DNA of 64,000 bases from Antedon mediterranea (lineage: Eukaryota; Animalia; Echinodermata): NCBI RefSeq assembly GCF_964355755.1, contig NC_092676.1, forward strand, positions 2,857,788 to 2,921,787. Reading direction: 5' to 3'. The position numbers were made by a program, and so were the translations under genes. Below the pieces are notes generated by a model. It did no database searches, was not told the origin of the DNA, and worked only from the letters and a program-made list of their open reading frames with translations. Positions 14,458-29,480 of this stretch are shown here, piece by piece. How positions within the stretch are numbered: the first letter of the stretch is position 1; every line of letters starts with the position of its first letter.

Positions 14458-14649
14458 TGTATAGAGAGTGGTCAAAAGGATCAATTATATTTTTCTCTCT
14501 TCCAAATAAACTCGCAGTATATAATTTTAAACAGTTTCACTTGCATCAATAAATGTATAGAGAGTGGTCAAAAGGATCAATTATATTTTTCTCTCTTCCA
14601 AATAAACTCGCAGTATATAATTTTAAACAGTTTCACTTGCATCAATAAT
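14458..14649. repeat. Essentially perfect 96-bp tandem duplication
   Basis: TGTATAGAGAGTGGTCAAAAGGATC...CTTGCATCAATAA starts at 14458 and again at 14554. Confidence 0.95.
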
Positions 14650-15694
14650 AATAATAATCAAACAATATCCATTAGATTTTATAAAGATATTTAAATATAT
14701 ATATATTTTTTTTAGATTTAAAAAAAATCTTCTATTCTACAAGTCTATTGTATAAGATTATGATAATTTTAAGGCAATGAAAGATCCTTCTTTTTTCATA
14801 AATAAATTACTTTCTAAATCCACTTTTTTTTCTCTTTAAAATGAAAAATGACATTACTTTTTTGTTATTGATTACTAATATTATGATGATTGATGTTACA
14901 AACAGGGAATATGGTATCAGATCTTTTATTACAATTTCCTATGCATAATACAGTAAACAACTCTATTTAGGGGGGGGGGGGGGAGCTTTGGGACCCAACA
15001 AAGTGTGACCCCTTAAATAGGGTTGATCGTATTAAACATATATTTTCCTTTTTTTCAATTGAAAAGAAAGTGTCCCCTGAATAGAGGTTTTAGTGTTAAA
15101 ACATATACAATACATAGCTCCTTTGCTGTTGAGAAATCATATATTTCCCTTTGTTCATTTTATGGAAAAGCGTTTTACTATAAATAAAATTATCATTTTA
15201 AACATTTCCAACTTCAATCAAGTTCATAAATTGCAGTTTCAACCTATTGTATTAATTTGTATATATACTTTTAAGTATTTAAAAATAGTACATATATATG
15301 ACGATATATATTATAATAATAATACTGTATTTAGCATAATAATATTATGTTAATAATTTGAATATCAAGATAAACAAGAATATTAATAATCAAAATTGTA
15401 AATTTCAGTTAATATTAATAATCAGTGGTTTCATTTAATGGGTATTGTCTTTCTCAAGCCAAGAGTATGAATATAGCAAATGCTCTTAAGCATTCATTTA
15501 CTAATGTTCATACGACTACAAACACTGTTATTTTAATATTCCTAAGAGGCAGTTATTTGAATAAAGTTCAGCAAATTGTCTATTATAAATGATTTTTGCT
15601 GTTAAAATTTATAATTATACAGTGGAGAAATAATTGGTAGTAATACAAATAAAATGTGGGATTATTAGATATGACTGAGTTCGAGTATAATCCC

Positions 15695-16040
15695 CTTCCG
15701 TAATTTAGGCTGTTAATGCATTCAACTATAATCCCACCTCCTAGTTTAGGCTGAATTATTTGATATATACCATTGTTAGTGCATTCAACTATAATCCCAC
15801 CTCCTAGTTTAGGCTGAATTATTTGATATATACCATTGTTAGTGCATTCAACTATAATCATACCTCCTAGTTTAGGCTGAATTATTTGATATATACCATT
15901 GTTAGTGCATTCAACTATAATCATACCTCCTAGTTTAGGCTGAATTATTTGATATATACCATTGTTAATGAATTCAACTATAATCCCACCCCCTAGTTTG
16001 AGGCTAAATTCTTTGGTATATTTCATTGTTGATGCATTCA
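15695..16040. repeat. 60-bp minisatellite, ~5.5 copies
   Basis: Unit GCATTCAACTATAATCCCACCTCCTAGTTTAGGCTGAATTATTTGATATATACCATTGTTAGT-like. It explains ORF 15583..16053. Confidence 0.95.
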
Positions 16041-18439
16041 AATATAATCCCACCCCCTAATTTTTACGACATTTCATACCCAGGTGCCCTGGAACTATAC
16101 TCATTTTTGTAAATCCATTGTAATGTTAATGCAAGTGTACATCCTACCCCCAACTAGTTATCACCAAAATTACCGAAATAAAACAAATTCTTTATTAATA
16201 ATTGTTTTTGTGATTTATGCATAAAAATTGTAACTTAATATGGGCTGCGGGAATAGTCAGCTAAATAAATAAATTGTGTTTTTTTTAAAATACCTGAACA
16301 AATTAATGTTGTCCGCAATCGGCCAAAACTAATGCCTAAAGACACCACAATACTGCCATCTGTTAAAGTTCATCATTGACAACAAAAACTATTTTGTCAT
16401 CGAGTGGAATATTTATAAATATTTTTGACTGTACCCAACAATTTTAGACAAAATTATGCATTTTTAAACAAAATCTCTCCACGTTATCGTTTTCGAGTAA
16501 TATGTGCAAAACAAGTTTAAGGTTCAAACATGCTTCAACTAAACATAAGATTACTTAAAAATCCAAAGGCAAATTACTGAAGAATGACAATGCTGTGGGT
16601 CAGTGGATGGATCTTAATTGAGATACAAAATAAAATAAGCACTGAAAAAATGACAATGCTGTGGGTATCAGTGGATGGATCTTAATTGAGATACAATTAA
16701 GAAGTTGAGAAGTAATTTAGATTATTATAAGTACAAAAAACAAAAGAATGTTTGCTCAACTTAACAAGCTAAACAAATATTAAACCATGCATGCTAGTTG
16801 AGATTTGTATGTATATGTGCAATGATACGGTATATTATATATTCGATTCTAGTCGACGTAGATGAGCCCCTCTAAAACAATCGTAGAAATCCACCACAAG
16901 CACGCATAATAAAACATTACTTCTGTATCTCTGCAAATTCATGTTTTATTAGACTGCCGAGAAAATAAAAAAATATATAAAATACACAATGAACTGAATG
17001 TGTATAAATTGATGATAATAATTTGACGCCAAGGTAAAATCATATTAAAAAATAATATTTGGAATTGCAATCCTTATTGAAATACAATGTACGTATTCAT
17101 TCATTTTATTATTTTAGACAAGCCATACAAAGATATATAAAAGTGAATGGATGAGCTATAATGAGTCATAGAAAGATGAGATCTTTATATCAAGAGCCTA
17201 ATATGATATAAAAAATATTAATTGTTCTTTCTTACATAGCGCACATATAAAGCAGACTCTGCACAGTATACAAATTTTAAGTAAAAGCGAAAAAAATGTT
17301 TCTTTTTTTTATGGGTGTGACCTAAAATATCACGTTTCACATTAACAATTTTTAAAATTCATCTGAATCTTTAATTTTGCTTATTTAAAAAAAATAATGT
17401 TAATAGTTTATATTATACACTAATAGTTGTTATATTTGATTATGATTATTTATGTAACCTGAGATTATAAGGATTACCTTTGATTTCATTTCTGTTTATT
17501 AATGGTTCTTACAAGACAATTATTTTAAAATTGTAATTTTATTTCTAAAATGTAGTATCATCTTTTCATTCTTACATATCTTCATCATCTTTATTATCAT
17601 CTTTTATCAGAAATTGACATTTTCACTTCGTTCAATGACTTTTTTTTCAAATTTTTCTTTTTAAAAATATGCTAAATAAATTAATAATATATAGAAAAAA
17701 TATTCTTTGTAGAATTAATAAATATTTTTTATATAAATAGAATAATCTATATAATTTATTCTGTACCTGTTAATCTATATATATATATACACAACAGGCA
17801 AAGAACATTAATTCTAAACTTCCCCGTGATATACTGAAATGTAATTAATTAATCTGAAATGATAAAGATGAGGAAATCTGTGAGAATCTATATATATATA
17901 TATATATACATCATTCCATTCCAGCAAAAAACACGATTTGAATTTAAAATAAATGAAAAGTATCATAAATTTGCATATGACCCCCGTGGCATGTGTTTTC
18001 AACTATTCCAATATGTCTCATCACCGACACAGAGTAAGTATCGCTTCAATTTCGTCATCATAATGAGTTGCTCGAAGGTATGTAGAGAAGTATGCACACA
18101 CTCAAATCTTATATTCTCAATCTTTTTGAATTTCCAATCAAAATTCTATTATAAAAACGCTCATATAATCAATTCCATATCAATTTGTTTTGTTTTTAGA
18201 AGACAAGTCGTTAGAAAAAATAATTTCAATTTGTATGTTATTAAAATAAACATGCCAATTATGTAACATGTTATTTATTCTTTATTGATATTTTCAATTT
18301 CTTACGAGGTTTTAACTATAAAGGAAATGATACATGATTATGGTAATAATATTAAGGACTTTGAAACTAAACATAAAGTATTGTATATGCAATAAATTTA
18401 GCTTTTGGTAATTCTTATTTTTATATTTATCAGAATAAA

Positions 18440-18765
18440 TGCACCGAAGAAGGGCTAGTGTTGAACGAAAAGCTGTTTTACTTTATCATTTTGATTTAGC
18501 TTTCTGCTTATTTTATTTTGTATCTTCATTTAGATCCAGCCACTGGTACCCACAGCATTGTCATTTTTTCAGTAATTTTCCTTTTGGATTTATTTATACT
18601 ATACTTTGGCACTATAAATAACACAATTGTATAGTTATACAAAGGATTTAAAATAGTCAGCAATTTATACTCTGGCTCATGGATTTAGCTTTATTGCTTA
18701 TTATATTTTGTATCTCCAATGAGATCCAACCACTGATACCCACAGCATTGTCATTTTTTCAGTGA
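18440..18765 (+). mobile_element. Dispersed repeat occurring as tandem pairs, Penelope pseudo-LTR-like; homologs at 16565-16697 and 56200-56345 on the - strand
   Basis: Shared CCCACAGCATTGTCATTTTTTCAGTAATTT and TTTAGCTTTCTGCTTATTTTATTTT. The heads read CCGAAGAAGGGCTAGTG and CTGATGAAGGGCTAGTG. Confidence 0.5.
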
Positions 18766-19839
18766 TTATGACAACAATGAAAACAATTAAAAAAATAAAT
18801 CTTTATTGTAGGAAAAATATGGCATAAGACAACTAAGAAATTTTAAATTAACGCATCCGAGGATAATTACCGAGGACAATAAAAGTAACCTGATATATTT
18901 GAAATCTTTGAAGCATAAATTTATAATGCGTGAACAAATTCTGTAGCTTCTCACTGAATATCTGCTAGTCCTAAGCAAGGGTCAAAGGTCGTGACTTATC
19001 TGCAGGCTCATTAATTAAACTGCTGTGATGAGCTACTGTTAGTCCTGGTACTGAAAACTCTTTTGAAGTATCGCAGCCGCTGTCACAGCCAATTGTGTTA
19101 AAATACCTTCCAGAGCCTAATTATAAGACCATAGGTAATTACTAATATCATGAATACCATCCTATTATGATTTATTTACAAGTATGTAATGTTATTCTAG
19201 CTACAAATGGTAACATAACATTTTTTACAAAAGACTAATCCACAAGAGTGTTCTAAAATGAGATATGTATGTCTTTTACATGTTCCATAGGAAACATTAA
19301 AAACAGAATGTTTTTAAATTGTATGTTACCGTGGCAACAGTGACCTAAATGATGTAATAACCCAATGGAAAAATCCAATTGCAAGCCAATGTATTAAATA
19401 ATATCTACTGTATTGTCAATGAATAAAAAAATGTGTAATTTAAATATATAATTATATTAATCAACCCCTCTATTGGGTAGAGAGGTAAAATACAATATAC
19501 AGAAATACTGCATTATAGTAAATCTTTTAGTTGAGTGATGGTAAAGAAAGGGGGAGGGGGAAGGTATACAAACCAACATATACATTGGTTTGGCCTATGA
19601 GAGGAAGGTATTATAAAGGGTTTTATAAGAAAATTTCTGATTTCAATCGGTAAATTTTAACTCTACGCGCGGTAGAAATAATTTTCGGGTTCACGGTATT
19701 AGGTGTGCCAATCACCTTGCTACTTCCCTGCATGGTTGGTTTCTACCAGGGAAAACAACTCCCTGTTTCAACTAAGTTGGCCGTTGGTGATTGGTGGCGA
19801 TACCTAATATCCTTTTCTATTAACAGTTAAATTGTTATA

Positions 19840-19936
19840 CAGTAGAACATCTACTAAAGGGACACCTTCAGGACCGAACAATGTTTCCCTCAACAGGGTA
19901 TCCCAAAAGAGGTGTTCCAAAGGAGGTGTCCTACTG
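19840..19936. mobile_element. Short Tc1/mariner(pogo)-type MITE with TA target duplication
   Basis: TA|CAGTAGAACATCT...AGGTGTCCTACTG|TA. Confidence 0.75.
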
Positions 19937-21400
19937 TATTTCGTATTTAAACAAATTGTTAAATTTCATACGCATTCAACAGCAGCCATTTACAGGATGG
20001 ATAAACTATTTTATAATATATCATACTTAAAAAACAATGTCACATTTAACCTTTGAGTTACAACCCTCGCACTACACTGTAGGTCAGGATTGAACCCTGG
20101 ACCTTGGGATTGGCAGGCAAGTATGTTAACACCAGGTTACAGCTCCACTCATAATATTTTTTGTTTACTAAACACATAAAACTGAAATTAACAAAATAAT
20201 ACGAAATAAAATGTGAAATTTTACTTATAACTTTAACCCACACTACAGGCACAACAAAGTCTGATGATGTCATATCACTACCATATTTAAGCATATCATT
20301 ACCATATTTGGGCACATCACACTTTTTTTGTCACATAAAGTTTGATAGTGTAGACAGAGGCTGGTTTACTTTAAAATTGTAATTTTTTAAACATTTTAAA
20401 TGACATTATGTCAATGAATCATAGCTGATAAAAAAAAAGTGAAAAATATTGATTTGTTTACCTTGTTTTGAATTCGTAATACGAGTCATTTGAATTACAA
20501 ATTTATTGAATTTCTAAAGAATTGTATTTATAAGTGAAATTGATTCTTTACTCACACGACTAATTATTTGAATGTATTTGCATAGTACAACAACGAATGC
20601 ATACATTTAATATTTTGATTATAACATTATTTTTGTTTAATCAGGATAAAAATCACAATACATGTTTACGATACATACATAATTGACAGGTCGATAGAGA
20701 CAATCCAAACCAACAACTGATAATATACCAGAAATTCTTCATTTTTTAACCCATTGACTGCCAACAAAATCAGACTTTGAACATGCCATTTTGCAGTTTT
20801 AATAAGTTATTCACTTACTAACTGTAGAAAAAAAAATCAACAAAAATAATTATTTCACTTATAAAAATACAAAAGAAATGGTTAATTTTAACCACAAACT
20901 ATTGTGTGACAGAAACTTTACAGGTAGGTATTTTTTGCTTTAAATTACATTTTTTTCAGGAAAATTTTTTTTTTCCGATCCAGAATGAATAAATAACTGA
21001 TTATGCCATTTCAATTTTTCATTGTGAATAAATAATAAAACAATGCATGCATTGGTATCTCAAAATTAATTAATTAAAATGCTTTCATTTTTAAGCAAAT
21101 GTTTATTGCACAAAGAAGAATAATAAGAATTTCTGACTTTATTACATTTGATGACATTTGATGGATGAAAAAGAAAAAAAATTAGCTTTTGAATTCACCG
21201 AGAATTCCTTAATAAAATGTTACGAAGTATGAGTCAGACAAGAGCCAGCCAAACCTATTAGGTGATATAATGAACATTTCTTTATCGAAGCATTCGGCTA
21301 CGTAGTTGTATTAATTATAATCAAAGCATAAATTGTCGATTCAGGTCTTGTACTGTGTGTCTGAATATAGCATTAGATGTCAATATAGCATTTTATATTA

Positions 21401-21558
21401 AGCTCAGTCCACACTATCAAACTGTATGTGATAACAAAATGTGATGTGCCCATATATGGACATGATGATGTCATATCACTACCATATTTAAGCATATCAC
21501 TACCACATTTGAGCACATCACACTTTTTTTGTCAAACTAGTTGATAGTGCAGACAGAA
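21401..21558. mobile_element. Harbinger MITE family A copy (other partial copies at ~20260-20362 and ~24747-24882)
   Basis: Same TIR and 21-bp internal unit as 2891-3024. Confidence 0.85.
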
Positions 21559-24500
21559 TGTTAGATGCCAATGCCTGCTTTAACAATACCTTGATAGATA
21601 TATTATTATTTATGCTCTAGTAATATTTATTTCATATCAAACGTCTGCTTCAGTAGTACCTGGATAGGAGTTGTTATCTTACTCCTGATTTAATTTTCCA
21701 CACATACATATTCATGATTTAACGTAAAGAATTGAATAGATAGTTAATATAAAAACCAGATGAAAACATTTTTTGAAAAAACTGGAGTAAAAGAAATATG
21801 CATATAAATAAAGTAGAATTTGAAGAGACACCTTCACAGTGTCCCCTTAATAGTGTTGACATGACTGCAGTGTTAAAACATCCATAAAAATCCTTGATTT
21901 TTAAAGATTCTTGAGTGGGCTTCTTTTCGAGATTGTCTGCTTTAGAGATTACTTTTTGAAATTAAAGTAGGGGCTTCATTTCAATAAAATCTTTTCAAGC
22001 TTAATAGGGGTGTCTTCTGAATATGGGTTTCCCCTCGATAATGGTGTTCCCAAATTAATATGATTAATTACTCTAAATAAAAATAAGATCAATGTTTTTT
22101 TATGGTTTTGTCTTTATTTAAACTTAAGAAATACCTTATTTCTAAGTATTGATCTCTTTTTTTTTTATTCCGGCAATTTTTACAAGTATCATTTGTCAGT
22201 TCTTGGTCAGGATTTGATTTGCTGTCTTTCTGTTGATCGTTGTTTTTTTTCCTCCTTTTGCTGTATTGTTATGTCCCTGTCCTTTCGTCCTGTATTTTGA
22301 ATTCTGTGTCTGTAAATAGGCTGGCCCGCCACAAGTTTTCTATCTTCTTGGGCACTGCCTACTTCTTCTTATTTATAAATGTATACTTTTTTATCATCAA
22401 TTGACTTGTTATAAATTTTACTAGAATTTATTATGTTTACCTCATTTTCTTGAAGGAAGAAATAAAAGTTGAATTGGGAAATTGAATTGAATTTTTAAAA
22501 AATAAATAAATAAATAAATATGACGAAGGAAATCAAAATACAAATATTACAGAAAAAGTCAAACCAGACTAGAATCTTTAGTATCATTTCATATTAGATT
22601 GCTATGCCTGTATCGCTGCATACCTGGATAGCAATATAACATTATATCTTATATGTCACACAACGCCATCATTATGCGCAACATATCATGATGTATGCAA
22701 TACCTCAACAGAATGTTTCTGCATATCTTTATTTCCAAAAATCGTGGGAGGAATGAATTCTTCTGAAGGTGAATTAAAAATAGTACAATCCAAAATATAT
22801 TACTATATACTGTACAATTAAAATATTTAGAATGAAACCGGAAAGGTTTCGAAACGTACTGTAAGTTCGCTTATATCATTTTTTGGTTGTTCTAAAATTA
22901 AAATTTTTGATAAAACTGTGCATATTTTTTACTATTTGTCATGTAGAATGCAGAGAAATTCAATTCTTGACATGTGACTGTTTTTATGATGTAAAAGATT
23001 AATATTATTTGCTATTATCATTATATATTGCAACAACACTAATTAGTTAATTAAATAAATAAAACTAATGATAAAATGTTTGCTTTAGTTACATCTCCTC
23101 GGTCCATATTTTTCTCTTTTTTTTGACACTCTATTTAATTTGTTAAAACTATTTTTGCTTTCTTTTGCTACAGACTGTGTGAATTTTAAATAAAAATTGT
23201 AATTTTTTTTGTAAAATTGTACATTTTTACAATTTTTTCTCCTCTAGGAAGGTGAATAAATGTGAATTGAATTAAATAACTTTATTTTTATAATTTAAAA
23301 GATTAAAGTAAAAAAATGGATGAAACCTTAAATTAAATACTAAAATTAAATACAGTATAAAATTACAAGATTTGATCGTTATTATCTTGCAAACTTTTCA
23401 TACTACCTGTATAAATTTCTTTATATTTAAAAATATTCATAACTTATGACATTTGAAGATTAAGAACAAATTGCTTTTTTTTACCTGCGCAATATAATAT
23501 CATCATATCGTATTTATCAGCACAGGTACTAAATTCGCTTCTAACAATCCGCAAATAAATTTACGTTTGCATCGCAGCGTCAGGCAATTTAAACGTGAGC
23601 ATCAATTCCCCGATTGATATGTATACAACGAAATGCACGTTATCTGGCTATTCATGTCGTTTCGGAGAAATAATTTAGTAGAAATGTGTTATGAACAGCG
23701 TTAGTAGCTTAGAGACTGCGAAAGAAAACATTTTGATATGAACACTTTTTGATTTCATGTAGTTTTTTTTGGACGTACATTGTTTATTCAATTTAAAGTT
23801 TGTTTTAACAAGATACTATGATGATTATGTAACCTGCAGTTATGTTCACAAAAAACAATTGTTAAAGATGTCCTTTTTATGGAAAAATCTACTAACTCTA
23901 TTTGGTTGTCTCACTAATTTTTGTTTGAGATGCATTTTGTTATTGATTATAACTTTGCGTATGTGGAAACAGTAGCTAGCCAACTCCCCTCCCCCTTCCG
24001 AAACATCTAAAAAAACTCTGGATCTGGCCGGAACATGTAATGAGTGATGACATGCTATCAGTATATGAATCAATTTCTATTTCAGCTTCCTCCCCAACCA
24101 ATTTATGTACAATAATGTATTATAAAGAACCAAGTTGTTAATTCCGAGATCTGATTTTATGAAATTCTGGAGATTAGAATATATAAAAAAGGGATAGAAC
24201 CACTACTGTACTGATCTAAAGTATAAATGGAAAATTAATTTTTTTTTTTATTTTTAATTTTATTATGAATGTCATATTTTTGACACAACTAAAATTATAC
24301 ATTAATAAATGAAGTTATATCTCATTAGTATATTAATCATAGTTTAATTTTATTGTAATAAGAAAAAATGTTATGCAACCACTTCTATACATAAAACATT
24401 TTCCAAAAAAATGACATTCTATAATATTCCCCTTGCGTATAGAAAGTGCCCCTTGTGCGACATTTGATTGAATGAGATTGATTGAGATTGATCAATATCA

Positions 24501-26523
24501 ACTAGACGATCAATATGCCTACTGATCAATGACTGAAATTTAAATCTTCAATTCAGATTCTAAAAATATATTTCACTCAATTCAGAAATTTATCGGTTAT
24601 AATACTTAACTTTGATTGGAAATATTCAGCCGTCATATCGGCGTCTTCTTCAGATTTCAGGAGATGATAAATTTGAATTTATTCTTTTTCATTTATTGAT
24701 TTAAGAATATTTTTTAAGGATTCACAAAGAATATAAAACAGTTTTTCACTACCATATCACCATCAAATATGGTAGTGATATGCCTAAATATGGTAGTGAT
24801 ATGCCTAAATATGGCAGTGATATGACATCATCATGTCCATATATGAGCACATCACCTAAAGTTTGATAGTGTAGACAGAGCTTTGGGAGAGAGAAAGAGA
24901 ATGGGTAGGGTTCTGTGGTATCAAAATTACTGAAATTGTACACTGGGAAGGTGTATATGACGTTTGAACATTACCCGCCACTTTGGATCCAATATAGGCC
25001 CTAGCGGCCAAATAGTGTCTAAATTTCAGATTTTTCTCAACTAAAGTGTTTTCTGTGAGTAATCTATATTTCTCTGTCGGAAATAAAGTGTCTTTTTGTT
25101 CTTATATTATTTTTTCCCATGAATTTTACACATTGAGTTTTATGTTTCTGTATTTCAGATGATAAATAAAATAATAAATTATACTATAGCCAATTATTAT
25201 TTGCCAAGTCAAACATAATCAATTAACCATTATGTCACAAATAAAAGTGATAATAAATATACACACACTTTTTTTATAATAACCTTTATTAATCAGACAA
25301 TAACATTCACTTCTATTTTAATTTATTAGACAATGAATAAATAAAAAAAATCACTTTTTTATAATTACTACTGTCACAACAAAGGAACGAGTATAATTAT
25401 TGGAAAAAATATATAATTTTTATTTATATTATTATTACATATAGATTATAAAAACAAAAATTCACAGGCAAAAATCAAAAATAAATTTAAAATTTAATAC
25501 CATAATTTAAATTATGAAAGGGAATTATAATATATAATATACGGGAATATAAATGTTGAAAGTAAAGACAAAACATGAGGAGAAATATATTAAAAATGAC
25601 AATATCACCGACCAATGGGAGATGAGCATTCTAAATATGGGAATTTGTTGAAATTATCATACATACTGTAGACATGCGGAGGATGGACAGGTATACAGCA
25701 TAAATATATATTCATTTGAATATTTGTATTATTATAAATACAGGTATATCAATTTTAAATTTCTTCCCTAATACCATACATACAGTTTCTAATATCGTTT
25801 TTACGCCTATAATAATTCCATGGATATCATACGTTATATAGCAGGTTAAGCCCACTTTGCTGTGGTAGTCTTTGTCAGTCACTGCCTACCTACTCAAGAA
25901 ATTGTGGCATGCATAATTCATGTCAGATAAGATAAAATCCATAAATCATGAAAATACTATTTATGATTAAATACTTAACATGAATTATAGACTAGCTTTG
26001 GATGGTTTTATTTTAAGATACCATCACTCAAAATCAGGTAAATAACATACATTTCTAAACCATTTTAATGTTTTTTCTTTACGCATCACATACAATAACA
26101 AGAAGTCAGTGGTATGGAAAGGCTAGACGCTCATTCGTGCATTAACAACAGAAACTCAAAACAATATCATTGTGCAATGACTGTATTATATGACTACAGC
26201 ATAAATTCATCAAAAATGTATACTTTACCAGAAAAATCGGCTAAATTTACGATCGGTGATACAGAATGAAAGGTGAGTGGAAACCTTTGTAAGGCGAATT
26301 ACTTCTTTTCTTCTTCGAGGAGGAGCTGTGCTGTGCAGAATTCAATTGAAATACTTAGTTCGGAAAAATCCCTGGGATTTTTAAGTAAAACTCCACAAAA
26401 CGTCAGCAAAAAGGCTAACATAAGAATACTCAACAAGATGGCGCTAGACTAATTTTTTTTGGTAATCGCATTTCTTTTAAAATACAAAACTATTTATTGG
26501 CCTACATTGGCCTGTGTGTAACA

Positions 26524-29240
26524 TAATAATAATAATAATTTATTTGGAAAACGCTTTTTGAACAGCGGCACACATAATAATGGTGCATCCTTAAAACAAT
26601 TAAACATACAATATAAAAATATATGAGTATAAAAATAAAGATAGACTAGATTAAAACAGATAATACTCAGATAAAACGAAAGTTCGATAAAACCAAATTA
26701 AAAATAAACAGTAATAATAATACCAATTAAATGCAACCAACATACATAAGCTTGGACACTAAATTAGCATATCAATTAGTATATGAACAAAGGAATATAC
26801 AGTACTTAGAATCTATGTTAAGATATACACACTCTTGATACACAAAAAATGATAAGGAACAATAGGAACCCAAATTAGGGACATCAATAAACAGGAAAGC
26901 ATAGATTAAATTATTTCAGCTGTGGTGAATTATTTGATGACTGTAAACAGAATTGATATATAAAAAAAAGAAAAGAACAAAGTAAGATAACTAAACCAAA
27001 TTACATACAATATAAAATAAAAAAAATCATTCGATAATGTTAGACTTTATACGTTGTCTAAAGGCCCATGCTTTCTTAAGATATGATTTGCAGAATTTAT
27101 CAAGAATGTCATGGGCTTTGTTTACCATATTAATCGACATTGTTGGAATGAGAACAGAACAATCACCACCAAGTATAATCATTAAGATAACCTCTGAATT
27201 ATTTAACTGGAGTGAATTCCATAGATCTGAAAGACCAGAATCATTAAGGTTTTGTTCCCAAGCATTCAAATTCTGAAATTCACACTTCTTGTAGTACTTT
27301 ACAATTTAACATAAAATGATATAAATCTTCAGGTTCATCCTTACATAACATACAATTACCAGTATTATTCATATCCCATTTACTTAATCTACTTTCAAGT
27401 TGAAGAGTATTTGATCTTGCCTTAAATTTCAATTGAGCACCATGAAAATCAGTTTTAACAGTAAGATAATTTTCTAACTCAGGCATTTTCTTACATTTAA
27501 CATAAAGTGATAATGATGGTTTGGTACAGCTTTTATTAAACCAATCCAATTCATACATTTGACGATTAACACACTTAAAAGATTTAAACCATGCTGAATC
27601 TATAGGTATGTTATTTGAAAATACATGATTAAATCCAGTATTATTCAGAATACTTTTAATTGAGTTTAACCATCGCCATTTTATGTTAACATTATTATCA
27701 CATGCAAGGTAAATAATGCATGCAACAGCAGCTTTGGCCAACGATGGGCTTCTAAATTGATAAGCCTGTCCCAATAATATTTAATTTTTATTTCGTTATG
27801 GGTATTTTCAATGCTATCCCATCCTAAGTCACCCAGCAGAGCCAATGATGGCGTGTTCCTCGTTGCTTTTAGTAGTGTTTTAGCCATTTGTAGATGAATG
27901 TTTTCTATTTTGTTGTAGTCACTGGTGGCACTATAAGCTGATATTGTACATGCATAGTTAATTGAAGGTAGTGCTATAGTTTTCCACAAGATATTACCAA
28001 AATAAATCCTATTAAAATCTTCTTGCTCATTAATAATGGACTTGATATATCCAATTAGTCTATTTCCTGTTCTAACTACATCATTAACATGTATACTTTC
28101 GTAGAAGTTTCTTGAAATATTCACTCCCAAGTATTTGTAACAATCTGCTTCTTTGATGAAGTGGTTTGCAAGAGGCCATTGTTTAGTTTTATTAGTAGGC
28201 CTACGTTTACCAACAACCACAACATTTGATTTGTCATAATTAAAGTTAAGTTTCCATTTTTTGGAGAAAATTCCAGCGATGATAACATTTTCTCCAGATC
28301 ATTTTCATCTTTAGCAATCAAGACAACGTCGTCAGCCCAAAAAAGACAGCTAATTTCTGTGCCTAAAGTATGACATCCGACATTTTCATTATATAACATT
28401 TTGGAGAGTTCATTTATAAAAATACAGAATAAGGTCGGTGATAATACGCAGCCTTGCTTAACCCCTTCATCGACATCAAAATAATAAGTTACAATATCAC
28501 CAAACTTAACATTACATTTGACATTTGTATAAAGTTTATCAATAATTTTCCAGACTTTACCACGGATACCAGTATTCCATGCTATAGTGACAAAAGGCCA
28601 TTACGCCAAACCGTGTCAAAAGCCTTACGGAAATCCAGGAAGGATAAGTATGCCTAACTTATTTTCCGCATTTCGCGTAGCCAATATGCTTTTAAGTGTA
28701 AATATGTGGTCCTCACATCTATGATTTTTCCTAAAGCCTCCCTGGATTTCCGTAAGAATACTATTACTCTCAAGAAATTCTGAGATACGATCACAAATAA
28801 TACGATTGAAAATTTTAGCAACACATGATGATAATGTGATACCTCTATAGTTATTTAAATCATTCTTGCTTCCTTTTTTATGGATAGGTATAATGATCCC
28901 TTTATTCCACTCGGTGGGAATTTTCTCTGATTTAACAAAATAGTTAAAAAGATATGTAAGTGACCTAATAAGGCAGTCACCTCCGTTCTTTAACAATTCG
29001 TTAGTGATGCCATCAACACCAGGTGCTTTATTGTTTTTAGAACGAAGTATTGGACTTTTAACATCTTCAAATGAAATTCTTATATCATCCAGTACTTTTT
29101 GTGGATCATCATTAACATAATTTATATAATTTTCCCTAACATCAGAAACATGACTATTGATAACTATATCATTATAAGTATTGACACCAGTTTGATTACC
29201 CAAGTTACTCCAATAAATTTTAATCAAGTTAGCCATACAA
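26524..29240 (-). mobile_element. 5'-truncated, frameshifted non-LTR retrotransposon: RT plus C-terminal CCHC motif, RTEX-like by inference
   Basis: Successive ORFs 28625..29236 (KAPGVDGITNELLK, NYRGITL, QGGFRK), 28121..28399 (LFWADDVVL), 27681..28220 (YKYLGV), 27280..27774 (CMLC..EDLYHFMLNC) and 27027..27269. The 3' UTR ends in AATAAA plus a (TTA)n tail at ~26524-26545. Confidence 0.92.
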
Positions 29241-29480
29241 TATTGGAAATTAATTTATTTTACTTTAAATAAACAATCGTATTGGCTAAGGCCATTTGAC
29301 AACCGTATTATTTTAAATACTCTAAAACAATTTCTTAATTACAGCCCTTATTCAATAATGATCACAATGTTTATATAAATTTATCAATATCCCACTAATA
29401 CGCAACGCAAGGACGTAGGCGCAACACAATTTATATAATTTGACGAACTGCCGATTGAAACAGACTTGCGGTAGGCCTAA

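Noticed and set aside
15583-16053. 156-aa repetitive ORF
   Set aside because: By-product of a 60-bp minisatellite; no splice signals or homology.
26524-29240. Retron, DGR or group II intron-type RT system
   Set aside because: The motifs, CCHC C-terminus, poly-A signal and microsatellite tail identify an ordinary eukaryotic LINE.
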